Positions 24,533 through 36,500 of a stretch of DNA of 64,000 nucleotides are shown piece by piece. The stretch is from NCBI RefSeq assembly GCF_006345805.1, contig NC_043023.1, forward strand, positions 18,538,001 through 18,602,000. Direction: 5' to 3'. Source of the DNA: Octopus sinensis. Lineage: Eukaryota. The notes beneath the pieces were generated by a model. It saw only the letters and a program-made list of their open reading frames with translations, searched no databases and had not been told where the DNA came from. Numbering within the stretch: position 1 is the first letter of the stretch; each line of letters opens with the position of its first letter. The position numbers were made by a program, and so were the translations under genes.

Positions 24533-24535
<3 letters not shown>
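24219..24535 (+). mobile_element. 3' end of an RLE-type (R4/Dong-like) non-LTR element (also 27936-28250 +, 62222-62472 -, 61905-62155 -)
   Basis: KYKDLEIEVTRMWNLKT..IPIIVGALGMIK..QKIALLGTAHILRRTLSIQ*, the C-terminal restriction-like endonuclease motif; each copy is flanked by (AAT)n. Confidence 0.8.
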
Positions 24536-24581
<46 letters not shown>

Positions 24582-24584
<3 letters not shown>

Positions 24585-25122
24585 GCCCTGATGCAGGCCA
24601 AGGCATAGCTCTCGTGGCTTCTGATCTTAAACGATTGGAAGTGTTATCATGTATATTGTTTTGTGTTGGTATAAAAGATGGGCTACAGCAAATATTCTGC
24701 TCAATACCACAGATTTGCTTGTCGGTTGTTTGACCTTAACCAGTTAAGCATGTCCCTTAGTGGCTGACGATATGTGCATCTCTGATCACGAGCAGAAGTT
24801 GTGGGGGAGCATGATAGCCGTGTGTTGAGAGGGATTCTTTGGGGATTAAATAATTCACCTCTGGAAACATGGGTGTTTCCTTCAACATCCTTAAACAACC
24901 CTTACTCAAGGACCTTTTGAGCAGGATGGGTTACTCGACCAGAAGAACATTCTAACTGAACCCCATCTGCAAGGTCATGCGCTGTTTATCTTGATGTCGC
25001 GCACATATGGTTGTGATGCATGTGCCTAGTGTACCCTTATCAGACGGGTAGTCATGATGGGTATACTGGACTTCGTATATTTTACCCCAGTCTCACTTTG
25101 ATGGCATTCACTGCTCTCTCAT
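24582..25122 (+). repeat. Unclassified ~540-bp interspersed repeat (family C; also 28354-28911 +, 62577-63119 -)
   Basis: Three ~85-90% similar copies, each bounded by (AAT)n; no recognisable ORF or pol III head. Confidence 0.75.
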
Positions 25123-25806
25123 TCAATAATAATAATAATAATAATAATAATATAATAATAATAATGGTTTCGAATTTTGCCGCAAGAGCAGCCAATTCAG
25201 GGGAGAGAATGGGTCGATTAGATCGACCTCAGTGTACCACTGGTACTTAATTTACGAACACCAAAAGGATGAGAAGCAAAGTCAATATTATTGGCAATAT
25301 TTGAACTCAGAACGTAGCGACAAGCCACTAAGAATTTCCACCCGGGTGCTAACGATTCGACCACCTTGATATTAATAATAATAATAATAATAAAATGTAG
25401 ATATCAATATGTCAATTGTGATAGAAGACATCGATTTCTATTTCCACATCAAGATTGCAACGTATCACAAGAATAGTGTAAGAGAAAGAAAAACTGTGTC
25501 CTTACCTGGGTTTATCAGCGGGCCATGTATTTTATATCTACTCCGAAGGTGTACTTCCCTTTCTTTTATCCAAAACAATGTAAGTAATGTATTTAGTTAT
25601 AAACTTGTCAGCCAGGATCTAACTTTTCTCAACCAATCAAAACAAAACATTTCAACTGCTTTCTTCAGTCTATTGTACCGTTAACCACTTCTTTCCCACG
25701 TCTTCTTCGCGTCAGTCCTCTCCCCCACTCTCTCTCTCATGCACACACACACACACACACACATGCATACATATAATATATAAACTATATATTATACTGT
25801 ATTATG

Positions 25807-25841
<35 letters not shown>

Positions 25842-25930
25842 CAACAATTGAGGGTAAAATTAATTAATTAATCAATTTCACCAAGTTTTCAGTATGCAAA
25901 GGGACCATTTAAGGCGAATTCAATTATTAC

Positions 25931-26078
25931 ATTATATAAAAGGGCTTAGTAAAATAAATTACTTTGCCGCATACTGAACTCATTAGAAATAGCAGCTAAA
26001 AAAGATTTTTTAGCTGCTATTTCTAATGAGTTCAGTATGCGCCAAAGTAATTTATTTTACTAAGCCCTTTTATATAAT
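25931..26078. repeat. Near-perfect 148-bp palindrome
   Basis: 73-bp arms (25931-26003, 26006-26078), 2-nt loop, one mismatch. Confidence 0.95.
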
Positions 26079-26725
26079 ATATATATATATATATATTTAT
26101 ACGTGTATATATATGCATATATGTGCGATATATATATATATATACACACACACACCCTTGTACACACACATAACTATATTTTATATCATTCTCTCTCTCA
26201 CTCCTTCTCTCTCTCTCATGCACACATACACACACACCCACACGCACATGCATGCATATAATATATGCATATATGTGCGTTATATATATATACTCTTTAC
26301 TCTTTATTCTTTTACTTGTTTCAGTCATTTGACTGCGGCCATGCTGGAGCACCGCCTTTAGTCGAGCAAATCGACCACAGGACTTATTCTTTGTAAGCCT
26401 AGCACTTATTCTATCGGTCTCTTTTGCCGAACCGCTGAGTGACAGTGACGTGAACACACCAGCATCGGTTGTCAAGCAATGCTGGGGGGACAAACAGCAC
26501 ACAAAACATATACACACACACTTATATATATATATACATATATACGACAGGATTCTTTCAGTTTCCGTCTACCAAATCCACCACAAGGCATTGGTCGGCC
26601 CGGGGCTATAGCAGAAGACACTTGCCTAAGATGCCACGCAGTGGGACTGAACCCGGAACCATGTGGTTGGTTAGCAAGCTACTTACCACACAGCCACTCC
26701 TACGCCTATAATATATATTATGACA

Positions 26726-26898
26726 CTACAACCAGCCAGGAACAGTCTTCGCTACATTTGCGGTACCTGCCAGAGGGAGTGTTTGTCCAGGATAGGACTA
26801 CACAGCCACAGCAGGAAATGTATCAGGACATGGAAGATAAAAGCCGGACTGGACTATTTTATGCGCAACTCCATTGTCTCCTGAGACAAAAAGGATGC

Positions 26899-26902
<4 letters not shown>
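26726..26902 (+). mobile_element. RTE LINE extreme 3' fragment
   Basis: Encodes YICGTCQRECLSRIGLHSHSRKC (RTE C-terminal zinc finger) and ends ccattgtctcctgagacaaaaaggatgcc, an RTE-type tail. Confidence 0.7.
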
Positions 26903-26976
<74 letters not shown>

Positions 26977-27477
26977 TTAATCCATACAAGAAAGCACAAA
27001 AAAACACAACAACGCGAGGACGTGGACAAATATAGTATATTATTGGACGCTCAGGAAAGAAGGAAAGAAGGGGGTTTAACGTTTCGAGCGGAGCTCTTCG
27101 TCGGAAGCATAGGAGAAGGAAAGATCCAGAGAAGGGAATATATATACATATATATATCATACACACACACTTGTACACACACATAACTATATTTTATATC
27201 ATTATCTCTCTCTCTCACTCTCTCTCTCTCTCTCTCACTCTTTCTGTATATCTCTTTTACTCTTTTACTTGTTTCAGTAATTTGACTGCAGCCATGCTGG
27301 AGCACCGCCTTTAATCGAGCAACTCGACCCGGGACTTATTCTTTTGTAATCCCAGTACTTATTCTATCGGTCTCTTTTGCCGAACCGCTAAGTAACGGGG
27401 ACATAAACCACCAGCATCGGTTGTCAAGCAATGCTAGGGGGACAAACACAGACACAGACACACAAACACACACACGC

Positions 27478-27527
<50 letters not shown>

Positions 27528-28258
27528 TACGACGGGCTTCTTTCAGTTTCCGTCTACCAAATCCACTCATAAGGCTTTGGCCGGCCCGAGGCTATAGTGG
27601 AAGACACTTGTTCCAGATGTCACGCAGTGGGACTGAACCTGGAACCATGTGGTTGGTAAGCAATCTACTTACCACACAGCCACTCATGCGCCTATATATA
27701 GTTATTTCGTAATAGATAGTTATATATAGGGAACGAAAATAGAGCCCCTGAAATGACAAACTTCCTCAAATATAAAAGAAGAATCTCTTACAGGAGGACC
27801 TCAGAACGTAACAAAGGGCGAAATAACTCTAAGCATTTCGTTCAGTATGCTAATGATTCTGCCAGCTCACCGCCTTAACAACAACAACGACAACAACAAC
27901 AACGACAACAACAACAACAACAACAACAATAATAATAAAACTTTCAAAATACAAAGAACTGGAAATAGAGTTAACTAGAATGTGGAATCTAAAAACAGAA
28001 ACAATTCCTATCATAGTAGTTGCATTAGGCATGATAAAAAATATTCAAATACATAACAAAAACACCAGGACTTACAAACACATATAACATAAAGAAAATT
28101 GCACTACTAGGCACTGCACACATCCTACGCAGAACACTTTCCATACAATAACCATCAGAGCATCACAACAAATCACAGCACATACCCAGGGCACACAGTG
28201 CTGCACTCGGTAGTGAAGTGAAAGCACGTTATAAAAATAAAATTACTGAATAATAATA

Positions 28259-28353
<95 letters not shown>

Positions 28354-28948
28354 AAATGCCTTGATGTAGTACCAAACAGTGGCTCTCGTGGCTTCTGATC
28401 TTAATTGATTGGAAGTGTTATCATGTAGATTGTTTTGTCTTGGTATAAAAGATGGGCTACAGCAAATATTCTGCTCAATACCACAGATTTGCTTGTTAGT
28501 TGTTTGACCTTAACCAGTTGAGCAACTCCCTTAGTGGCTGACGATATGTGCATCTCTGATGACGAGCAGAAGTAGTGGGGGAGCATCATAGCTGTGTGTT
28601 GAGAGGGATTCTTTGAGGCTTGAATAATTCACCTTTGGAAATATAGGTGTTTCCTTCAACATCCTTAAACAACCCTTATTCAGGGACCTTTTGAGCGGGA
28701 TGGGTTACTCGACCAGAAGAACATTCTAACTGGATCCCACCTGCAAGGCCATGTGCTGTTTAATTTGATATGAGATCACCATGTCACGCACACATGGTTG
28801 TGATGCATGTGCCTAGTGTACCCTTATCAGATGGGTAGTCATGATGGGTATAAGGGCTTTGTATATTTTACCCAAATGTCACTTTGATGGCATACACTTC
28901 TCTCTCATTCAATAATTATAATAACAACAACAACAACAACAATAACAC

Positions 28949-28979
<31 letters not shown>

Positions 28980-29675
28980 TAATAATAATGATAATAATAA
29001 TAATAATAATAAATAATAATAATATAATAATAATAATAATGGTTTCGAATTTTGCCGCAAGAGCAGCCAATTCCTGTGGAGAGGATGAGTCGACCACAGT
29101 GTACCACTGTACTTAATTTACGAACACCAAAAGGATGAGAGCAAAGTCAATTTATTGGCAGTATTTGAACTCAGAACATAGCAACAAACCACTAAGAATT
29201 TCAACCCGGGTGCTAACGATTCGGCCACCTTGATATTAATCTAATAATAATAAATGTAGATATCAATATGTCAATTGTGATAGAAGACATCGATTTCTAT
29301 TTCCAACATCAAGATTGCAACGTATCACAAGAATAGTGTAGAGAAAGAAAAACTGTGTCCTTACCTGGGTTGATCAGCGGGCCATGTATTTTATATCTAC
29401 TCCGACGGCGTTTCTTCCCTTTCTTTTATCAAAACAATGTAAGTAATATTTAGTTATAAACTTGTCAGCCAGGATCTAACTTTTCTCAAACCAATAAAAA
29501 AAAACATTTCAACTGCTTTCCTCAGTCTATTGTAACCGTTAAAACCACTTCTTTCCCACGTCTTCTTCGCGTCAGTCCTCTCCCCCCCACTCTCTCCTCT
29601 CATGCACACACACACACACAACACACATGCATACATATAATATATAAACTATATATTATACTGTATTATGCTATA

Positions 29676-29710
<35 letters not shown>

Positions 29711-29752
29711 ATATATATTTATACGTGTATATATATATGCATATATGTGCGT

Positions 29753-29793
<41 letters not shown>

Positions 29794-29915
29794 CATACAC
29801 ACACCCTTGTACAACACATAACTATATTTTATATCATTCTCTCGCTCACGCTTTCTCTCTCTCTCTCATGCACAACACACACACACACACATGCATACAT
29901 ATAATATATAAACTA

Positions 29916-30205
29916 CGGAGGACGTTCAATAAGTAAGCCTCTGAGCCACTTGCAGTTGTTTGATCTAGCTGAAACTTTGCATGTGCAATCATTCATATCT
30001 CTATAGAGTAAGTGGCAAATTACAGCTCTGAATTAATTGTGGTCTCTGATTTACAGGTGTTTGAACCGAGTCAAGTGTGAAATGGAGACTGTTGAGTATC
30101 GAGCAGTGATCTGGTTTTTGTATTTGAAAGGACGCACACCACGGGGGACTTTTGATGAAATGAAAGTAACTTATGTTGATGATGCCCCATCATATGACCT
30201 TGTAA
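29916..30205 (+). mobile_element. Mariner 5' fragment (TIR + transposase N-terminus)
   Basis: TA|CGGAGGACGTTCAATAAG TIR; ATG at 30082 gives METVEYRAVIWFLYLKGRTPRGTFDEMKVTYVDDAPSYDLV (mariner HTH). Truncated. Confidence 0.8.
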
Positions 30206-30516
30206 ATTGTTGTCTTCGAGGAAGTGAGTCATTCGTGATCTCACCACCCTCTCAAATACTTTAATGATATGAGAAGTGAGTGAAATCGAACGGTAGTTCA
30301 CTGGAAGACATTTGTTTCCCTTTCTGAAGATTGGAACGACAGACTGGGAAAAGAAAAGGATCAGCAGGAATGCAGCCTGCATCAAGGGAGTTTCTCCAGA
30401 GCTCAGCTAGAAGGAGTGCAATTTGATGTCGACACATCTTCAGGACAATGGCCGGGAATTTATCGGGACCTACGGCTGAGTTGTGCTTGAACTTATCTAT
30501 TTCTCTTAGGATATCA
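30206..30516 (-). mobile_element. LINE ORF2 fragment (region just before the RT core; CR1/L2/Jockey group)
   Basis: DILREIDKFKHNSAVGPDKFPAIVLKMC..LWRNSLDAGCIPAD / QSVVPIFRKGNKCLPVNYRSISLTSHIIKVFERVV..FLEDNN. Confidence 0.85.
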
Positions 30517-33500
30517 GAATATCAAGACTCCAGGATATCAAGATTACAGGATATCAAGATACCAGGATATCAAGATTCCAGGATATCAAGATACCAGGAT
30601 ATCAAGATTCCAGGATATCAAGATTCCAGGTTATCAAGATTCCAGGATATCAAGATTCCAGGTTATCAAGATTCCAGGATATCAAGATTCCAGGATATCA
30701 AGATTCCGGGATATCAAGATTCCAGGTTATCAAGATTCCAGGATATCAAGATTCCAGGTTATCAAGATTCCAGGATATCAAGATTCCAGTATATCAAAAT
30801 ACCAGGTTATCAATATTCCAGGATATCCAGATTCCAGGATATCAAGATTCCAGGTAATCAATGTTCCAGGATATCAAGATACCAGGTTATCAAAATTCAA
30901 GGATATCAAGATTCCAGGATATCAAGATTCCAGGATATCAATATTCCAGGTTACCAAGATTCCAGGATATCAAGATTGCTGGATATCAAGATTCCAGGAT
31001 ATAAAGATTCCAGGATATCAAGATTCCAGGTTATCAAGATTCCAGGATATCAAGATTCCAGGTTATCAAGATTCCAGGAAATCAAGATTCCAAGATATCA
31101 AGATTCCAGGTTATCAAGATTCCATGATATCAAGATTCCAGGATATCAAGATACCAGGTTATCAAGATACCAGGTTATCAAGATTCCAGGATATCAAGAT
31201 TCCAGGATATCAAGATTCAAGTATATCAAGATTCCAGGATATCAAGATTCCAGGATATCAAGTTACCAGGTTATCAAGATTCCAGAATATCAAGATTCCA
31301 GGTTATCAAGATTCCAGGATATCAATATTCCAGGATATCAAGATACCAGGTTATCAAGATTCCAGGATATCAAGATTCCAGGATATCAAGATTCCAGGTT
31401 ATCAAGATTCCAGGATATCAAGATTCCAGGATATCAAGATTCCAGGAAATCAAGATTCCAGGATATCAAGATTCAAGGATATCAAGATTCCAGTTATCAA
31501 GATTCCAGGATATCAAGATTCCAGGTTATCAGATTCAAGGATATCAAGATTCCAGTATATCAAGATTCCAGGTTATCAAGATTCCAGGATATCAAGATTC
31601 CAGGATATCGAGATTCCAGGATATCAAGATTCCAGGATATCAAGATTCAAGGATATCAAGATTCCAGGTTATCAAGATTCCAGGATATCAAGATTCCAGG
31701 TTATCATGATTCCAGGATATCAAGATTCCAGGATATCAAGATTCCAGGATATCAAGATTCCAGGTTATCAAGATTCCAGTATATCAAGATTCCAGGATAT
31801 CAAGATTCCAGGATATCAAGATTCAAGTTTATCAAGATTCCAGGTTATCAAGATTCCAGGATATCAAGATTCCAGGTTAGCAAGCTTCCAGGATATCAAG
31901 ATTCAAGGTTATCCAGATTCCATGATATCAAGATTCCAGGATATCAAGATACCAGTTTATCAAGACACCAGGATATGAAGATTCCAGGTTATCAAGATTC
32001 CAGGATATCAAGATTCCAGGATATCAAGATTCCAGGATATCAAGTTTCCAGGATGTCAAGATTCCAGGTTATCAAGATATAAGGAAATCAAGATTCCAGG
32101 TTATCAAGATTCCAGGATATCAAGATTCCAGGATATCAAGATTCCAGGATATCAAGATTCCAGGTTATCAAGATTCCAGGATATCAAGATTCCATGATAT
32201 CAAGATTCCAGGATATCAAGATTCCAGGATATCAAGATTCCAGTAAATCAAGATTCCAGGATATCAAGATTCCAGGATGTCAAGAATCCATGTTATCAAG
32301 ATTCCAGGATATCAAGATTCCATGTTATCAATATTCCAGGATATCAAGATTCCAGGATATCAAGATTCCAGGATATCAAGATTCCAGGATATCAAGATTC
32401 CAGGATATCAAGATTCCAGGTTATCAAGATTCCAGGATATCAAGATTCAAGGATATCAAGATTCCAGGATATCAAGATACCAGTTTATCAAGACACCAGG
32501 ATATGAATATTCCAGGTTATCAAGATTCCAGGATATCAAGATTCCAGGATATCAAGATTCCAGGATATGAATATTCCAGGTTATCAAGATTCCAGATATC
32601 AAGATTCCAGTATATCAAGATTCCAGTATATAAAGATTCCAGGATATCAAGATTCCAGGATATCAAGATTCCAGTATATGAAGATTCCAGGATATCAAGA
32701 TTCCAGGATATCAAGATTCCAGAATATCAAGATTCCAGGATATCAATATTCCAGGTTATCAAGATTGCAAGATATCAAGATTCCAGTATATCAAGATTCC
32801 AGGTTATCAAGATTCCAGAATATCAAGATTCCAGGATATCAAGATTCCAGGATATCAAGATTCCAGGATATCAAGATACCAGGATATCAAGATTCCAGGA
32901 TATCAAGATTCCAGGATATCAAGATACCAGGTTATCAAGATTCCAGGATATCAATATTCCAGGTTATCAAGATACCAGGTTATCAAGATTCCAGGATATC
33001 AAGATTCCAGGATATCAAGATTCCAGGATATCAAGATACCAGGATATCAAGATTCCAGGATATCAAGATTCCAGGATATCAAGTTTCAAGGATATCAAGA
33101 TTCCAGGTTATCAAGATTCCAGGATATCAAGATTCCAGGTTATCAAGATTCCAGGATATCAAGATTCCAGTATATAAAGATTCCAGGTTATCAAGATTCC
33201 AGGATATCAAGATTCCAGGTTATCGAGTTTCCAGGATATAAAGATTCCAGGATATCAAGTTTCCAGGATATCAAGATACCAGGATATCAAGATTCCAGGT
33301 TATCAAGATTCCAGGATATCAAGATTCCAGGATATCAAGATTCCATGATATCAAGATTCCAGAATATCAAGATTCCAGGATATTAAGATTCCAGGATATC
33401 AAGATTCCAGTAAATCAAGCTTCCAGGTTATCAAGATACCAGGATGTCAAGATTCCATGTTATCAATATTCCAGGATATCAAGATTCCAGGATATCAAGA

Positions 33501-36500
33501 TTCCAGGATATCATGATTCCAGGTTATCAAGATTCCAGGATATCAAGATTCCAGGTTATCAAGAATCCAGGATATCAAGATTCCAGGATATCGAGTTTCC
33601 AGGATATAAAGATTCCAGGATATCAAGATTCCAGGATATCAAGATTCCAGGATATCAAGATTCCAGGTTATCAAGATTCCAGGATAACAAGATTCCAGGA
33701 TATCAAGATTCCATGATATCAAGATTCCAGAATATCAAGATTCCAGGATATCAAGATTCCAGGATATCAAGATTCCAGTAAATCAAGATTCCAGGTTATC
33801 AAGATACCAGGATGTCAATATTCCAGGTTATCAAGATTCCAGGATATCAAGATTCCATGTTATCAATATTCCAGGATATCAAGATTCCAGGATATCAAGA
33901 TTCCAGGATATCAAGTTACCAGGTTATCAAGATTCCAGAATATCAAGATTCCAGGTTATCAAGATTCCAGGATATCAATATTCCAGGATATCAAGATACC
34001 AGGTTATCAAGATTCCAGGATATCAAGATTCCAGGATATCAAGATTCCAGGTTATCAAGATTCCAGGATATCAAGATTCCAGGATATCAAGATTCCAGGA
34101 AATCAAGATTCCAGGATATCAAGATTCAAGGATATCAAGATTCCAGGTTATCAAGATTCCAGGATATCAAGATTCCAGGTTATCAAGATTCAAGGATATC
34201 AAGATTCCAGTATATCAATATTCCAGGTTATCAAGATTCCAGGATATCAAGATTCCAGGATATCGAGTTTCCAGGATATCAAGATTCCAGGATATCAAGA
34301 TTCAAGGATATCAAGATTCCAGGTTATCAAGATTCCAGGATATCAAGATTCCAGGTTATCATGATTCCAGGATATCAAGATTCCAGTATATCAAGATTCC
34401 AGGATATCAAGATTCCAGGTTATCAAGATTCCAGTATATCAAGATCCAGGATATCAAGATTCAGGATATCAAGATTCAAGTTTATCAAGATTCCAGGTTA
34501 TCAAGATTCCAGGATATCAAGATTCCAGGTTAGCAAGCTTCCAGGATATCAAGATTCAAGTTATCCAGATTCCATGATATCAAGATTCCAGGATATCCAG
34601 ATACAGTATCAAGACACCAGGATATGAAGATTCCAGGTTATCAAGATTCCAGGATATCAAGATTCCAGGATATCAAGATTCCAGGATATCAAGATTCCAG
34701 GATGTCAAGATTCCAGGTTATCAAGATTTCAGGAAATCAAGATTCCAGGTTATCAAGATTCCAGGATATCAAGATTCCAGGATATCAAGATTCCAGGATA
34801 TCAAGATTCCAGGTTATCAAGATTCCAGGATATCAAGATTCCATGATATCAAGATTCCAGGATATCAAGATTCCAGGATATCAAGATTCCAGTAAATCAA
34901 GATTCCAGGTTATCAAGATTCCAGGATGTCAAGAGTCCAGGTTATCAAGATTCCAGGATATCAAGATTCCATGTTATCAATATTCCAGGATATCAAGATT
35001 CCAGGATATCAAGATTCCAGGATATCAAGATTCCAGGATATCAAGATTCCAGGATATCAAGATTCCAGGTTATCAAGATTCCAGGATATCAAGATTCAAG
35101 GATATCAAGATTCCAGGATATCAAGATACCAGTTTATCAAGACACCAGGATATGAATATTCCAGGTTATCAAGATTCCAGGATATCAAGATTCCAGGATA
35201 TCAAGATTCCAGGATATGAATATTCAGGTTATCAAGATTCCAGATATCAAGATTCCAGTATATCAAGATTCCAGTATATAAAGATTCTAGGATATCAAGA
35301 TTCCAGGATATCAAGATTCCAGTATATGAAGATTCCAGGATATCAAGATTCCAGGATATCAAGATTCCAGAATATCAAGATTCCAGGATATCATATTCCA
35401 GGTTATCAAGATTGCAAGATATCAAGATTCCAGTATATCAAGATTCCAGGTTATCAAGATTCCAGAATATCAAGATTCCAGGATATCAAGATTCCAGGAT
35501 ATCAAGATTCCAGGATATCAAGATACCAGGATATCAAGATTCCAGGATATCAAGATTCCAGGATATCAAGATACCAGGTTATCAAGATTCCAGGATATCA
35601 ATATTCCAGGTTATCAAGATACCAGGTTATCAATATTCCAGGATATCAAGATTCCAGGATATCAAGATTCCAGGATATCAAGATACCAGGATATCAAGAT
35701 TCCAGGATATCAAGATTCCAGGATATCAAGATTCAAGGATATCAAGATTCCAGGTTATCAAGATTCCAGGATATCAAGATTCCAGGTTATCAAGATTCCA
35801 GGATATCAAGATTCCAGTATATAAAGATTCCAGGTTATCAAGATTCCAGGATATCAAGATTCCAGGATATCGAGTTTCCAGGATATAAAGATTCCAGGAT
35901 ATCAAGATTCCAGGATATCAAGATTCCAGGATATCAAGATTCCAGGTTATCAAGAATCCAGAATATCAAGATTCCAGGATATCAAGATTCCATGATATCA
36001 AGATTCCAGAATATCAAGATTCCAGGATATTAAGATTCCAGGATATCAAGATTCCAGTAAATCAAGCTTCCAGGTTATCAAGATACCAGGATGTCAAGAT
36101 TCCATGTTATCAATATTCCAGGATATCAAGATTCCAGGATATCAAGATTCCAGGATATCAAGATTCCAGGTTATCAAGATTCCAGGATATCAAGATTCCA
36201 GGTTATCAAGAATCCAGGATATCAAGATTCCAGGATATCGAGTTTCCATGATATAAAGATTCCAGGATATCAAGATTCCAGGATATCAAGATTCCAGGAT
36301 ATCAAGATTCCAGGTTATCAAGATTCCAGGATATCAAGATTCCAGGATATCAAGATTCCATGATATCAAGATTCCAGAATATCAAGATTCCAGGATATCA
36401 AGATTCCAGGATATCAAGATTCCAGTAAATCAAGATTCCAGGTTATCAAGATACCAGGATGACAATATTCCAGGTTATCAAGATTCCAGGATATCAAGAT

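Larger units (their letters stand above)
24050..25830. repeat. ~1.8-kb duplication, second copy 27705-29700
   Basis: Colinear order of unique flank, R4/Dong tail, (AAT)n, family C repeat, SINE and unique segment in both copies. Confidence 0.85.
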
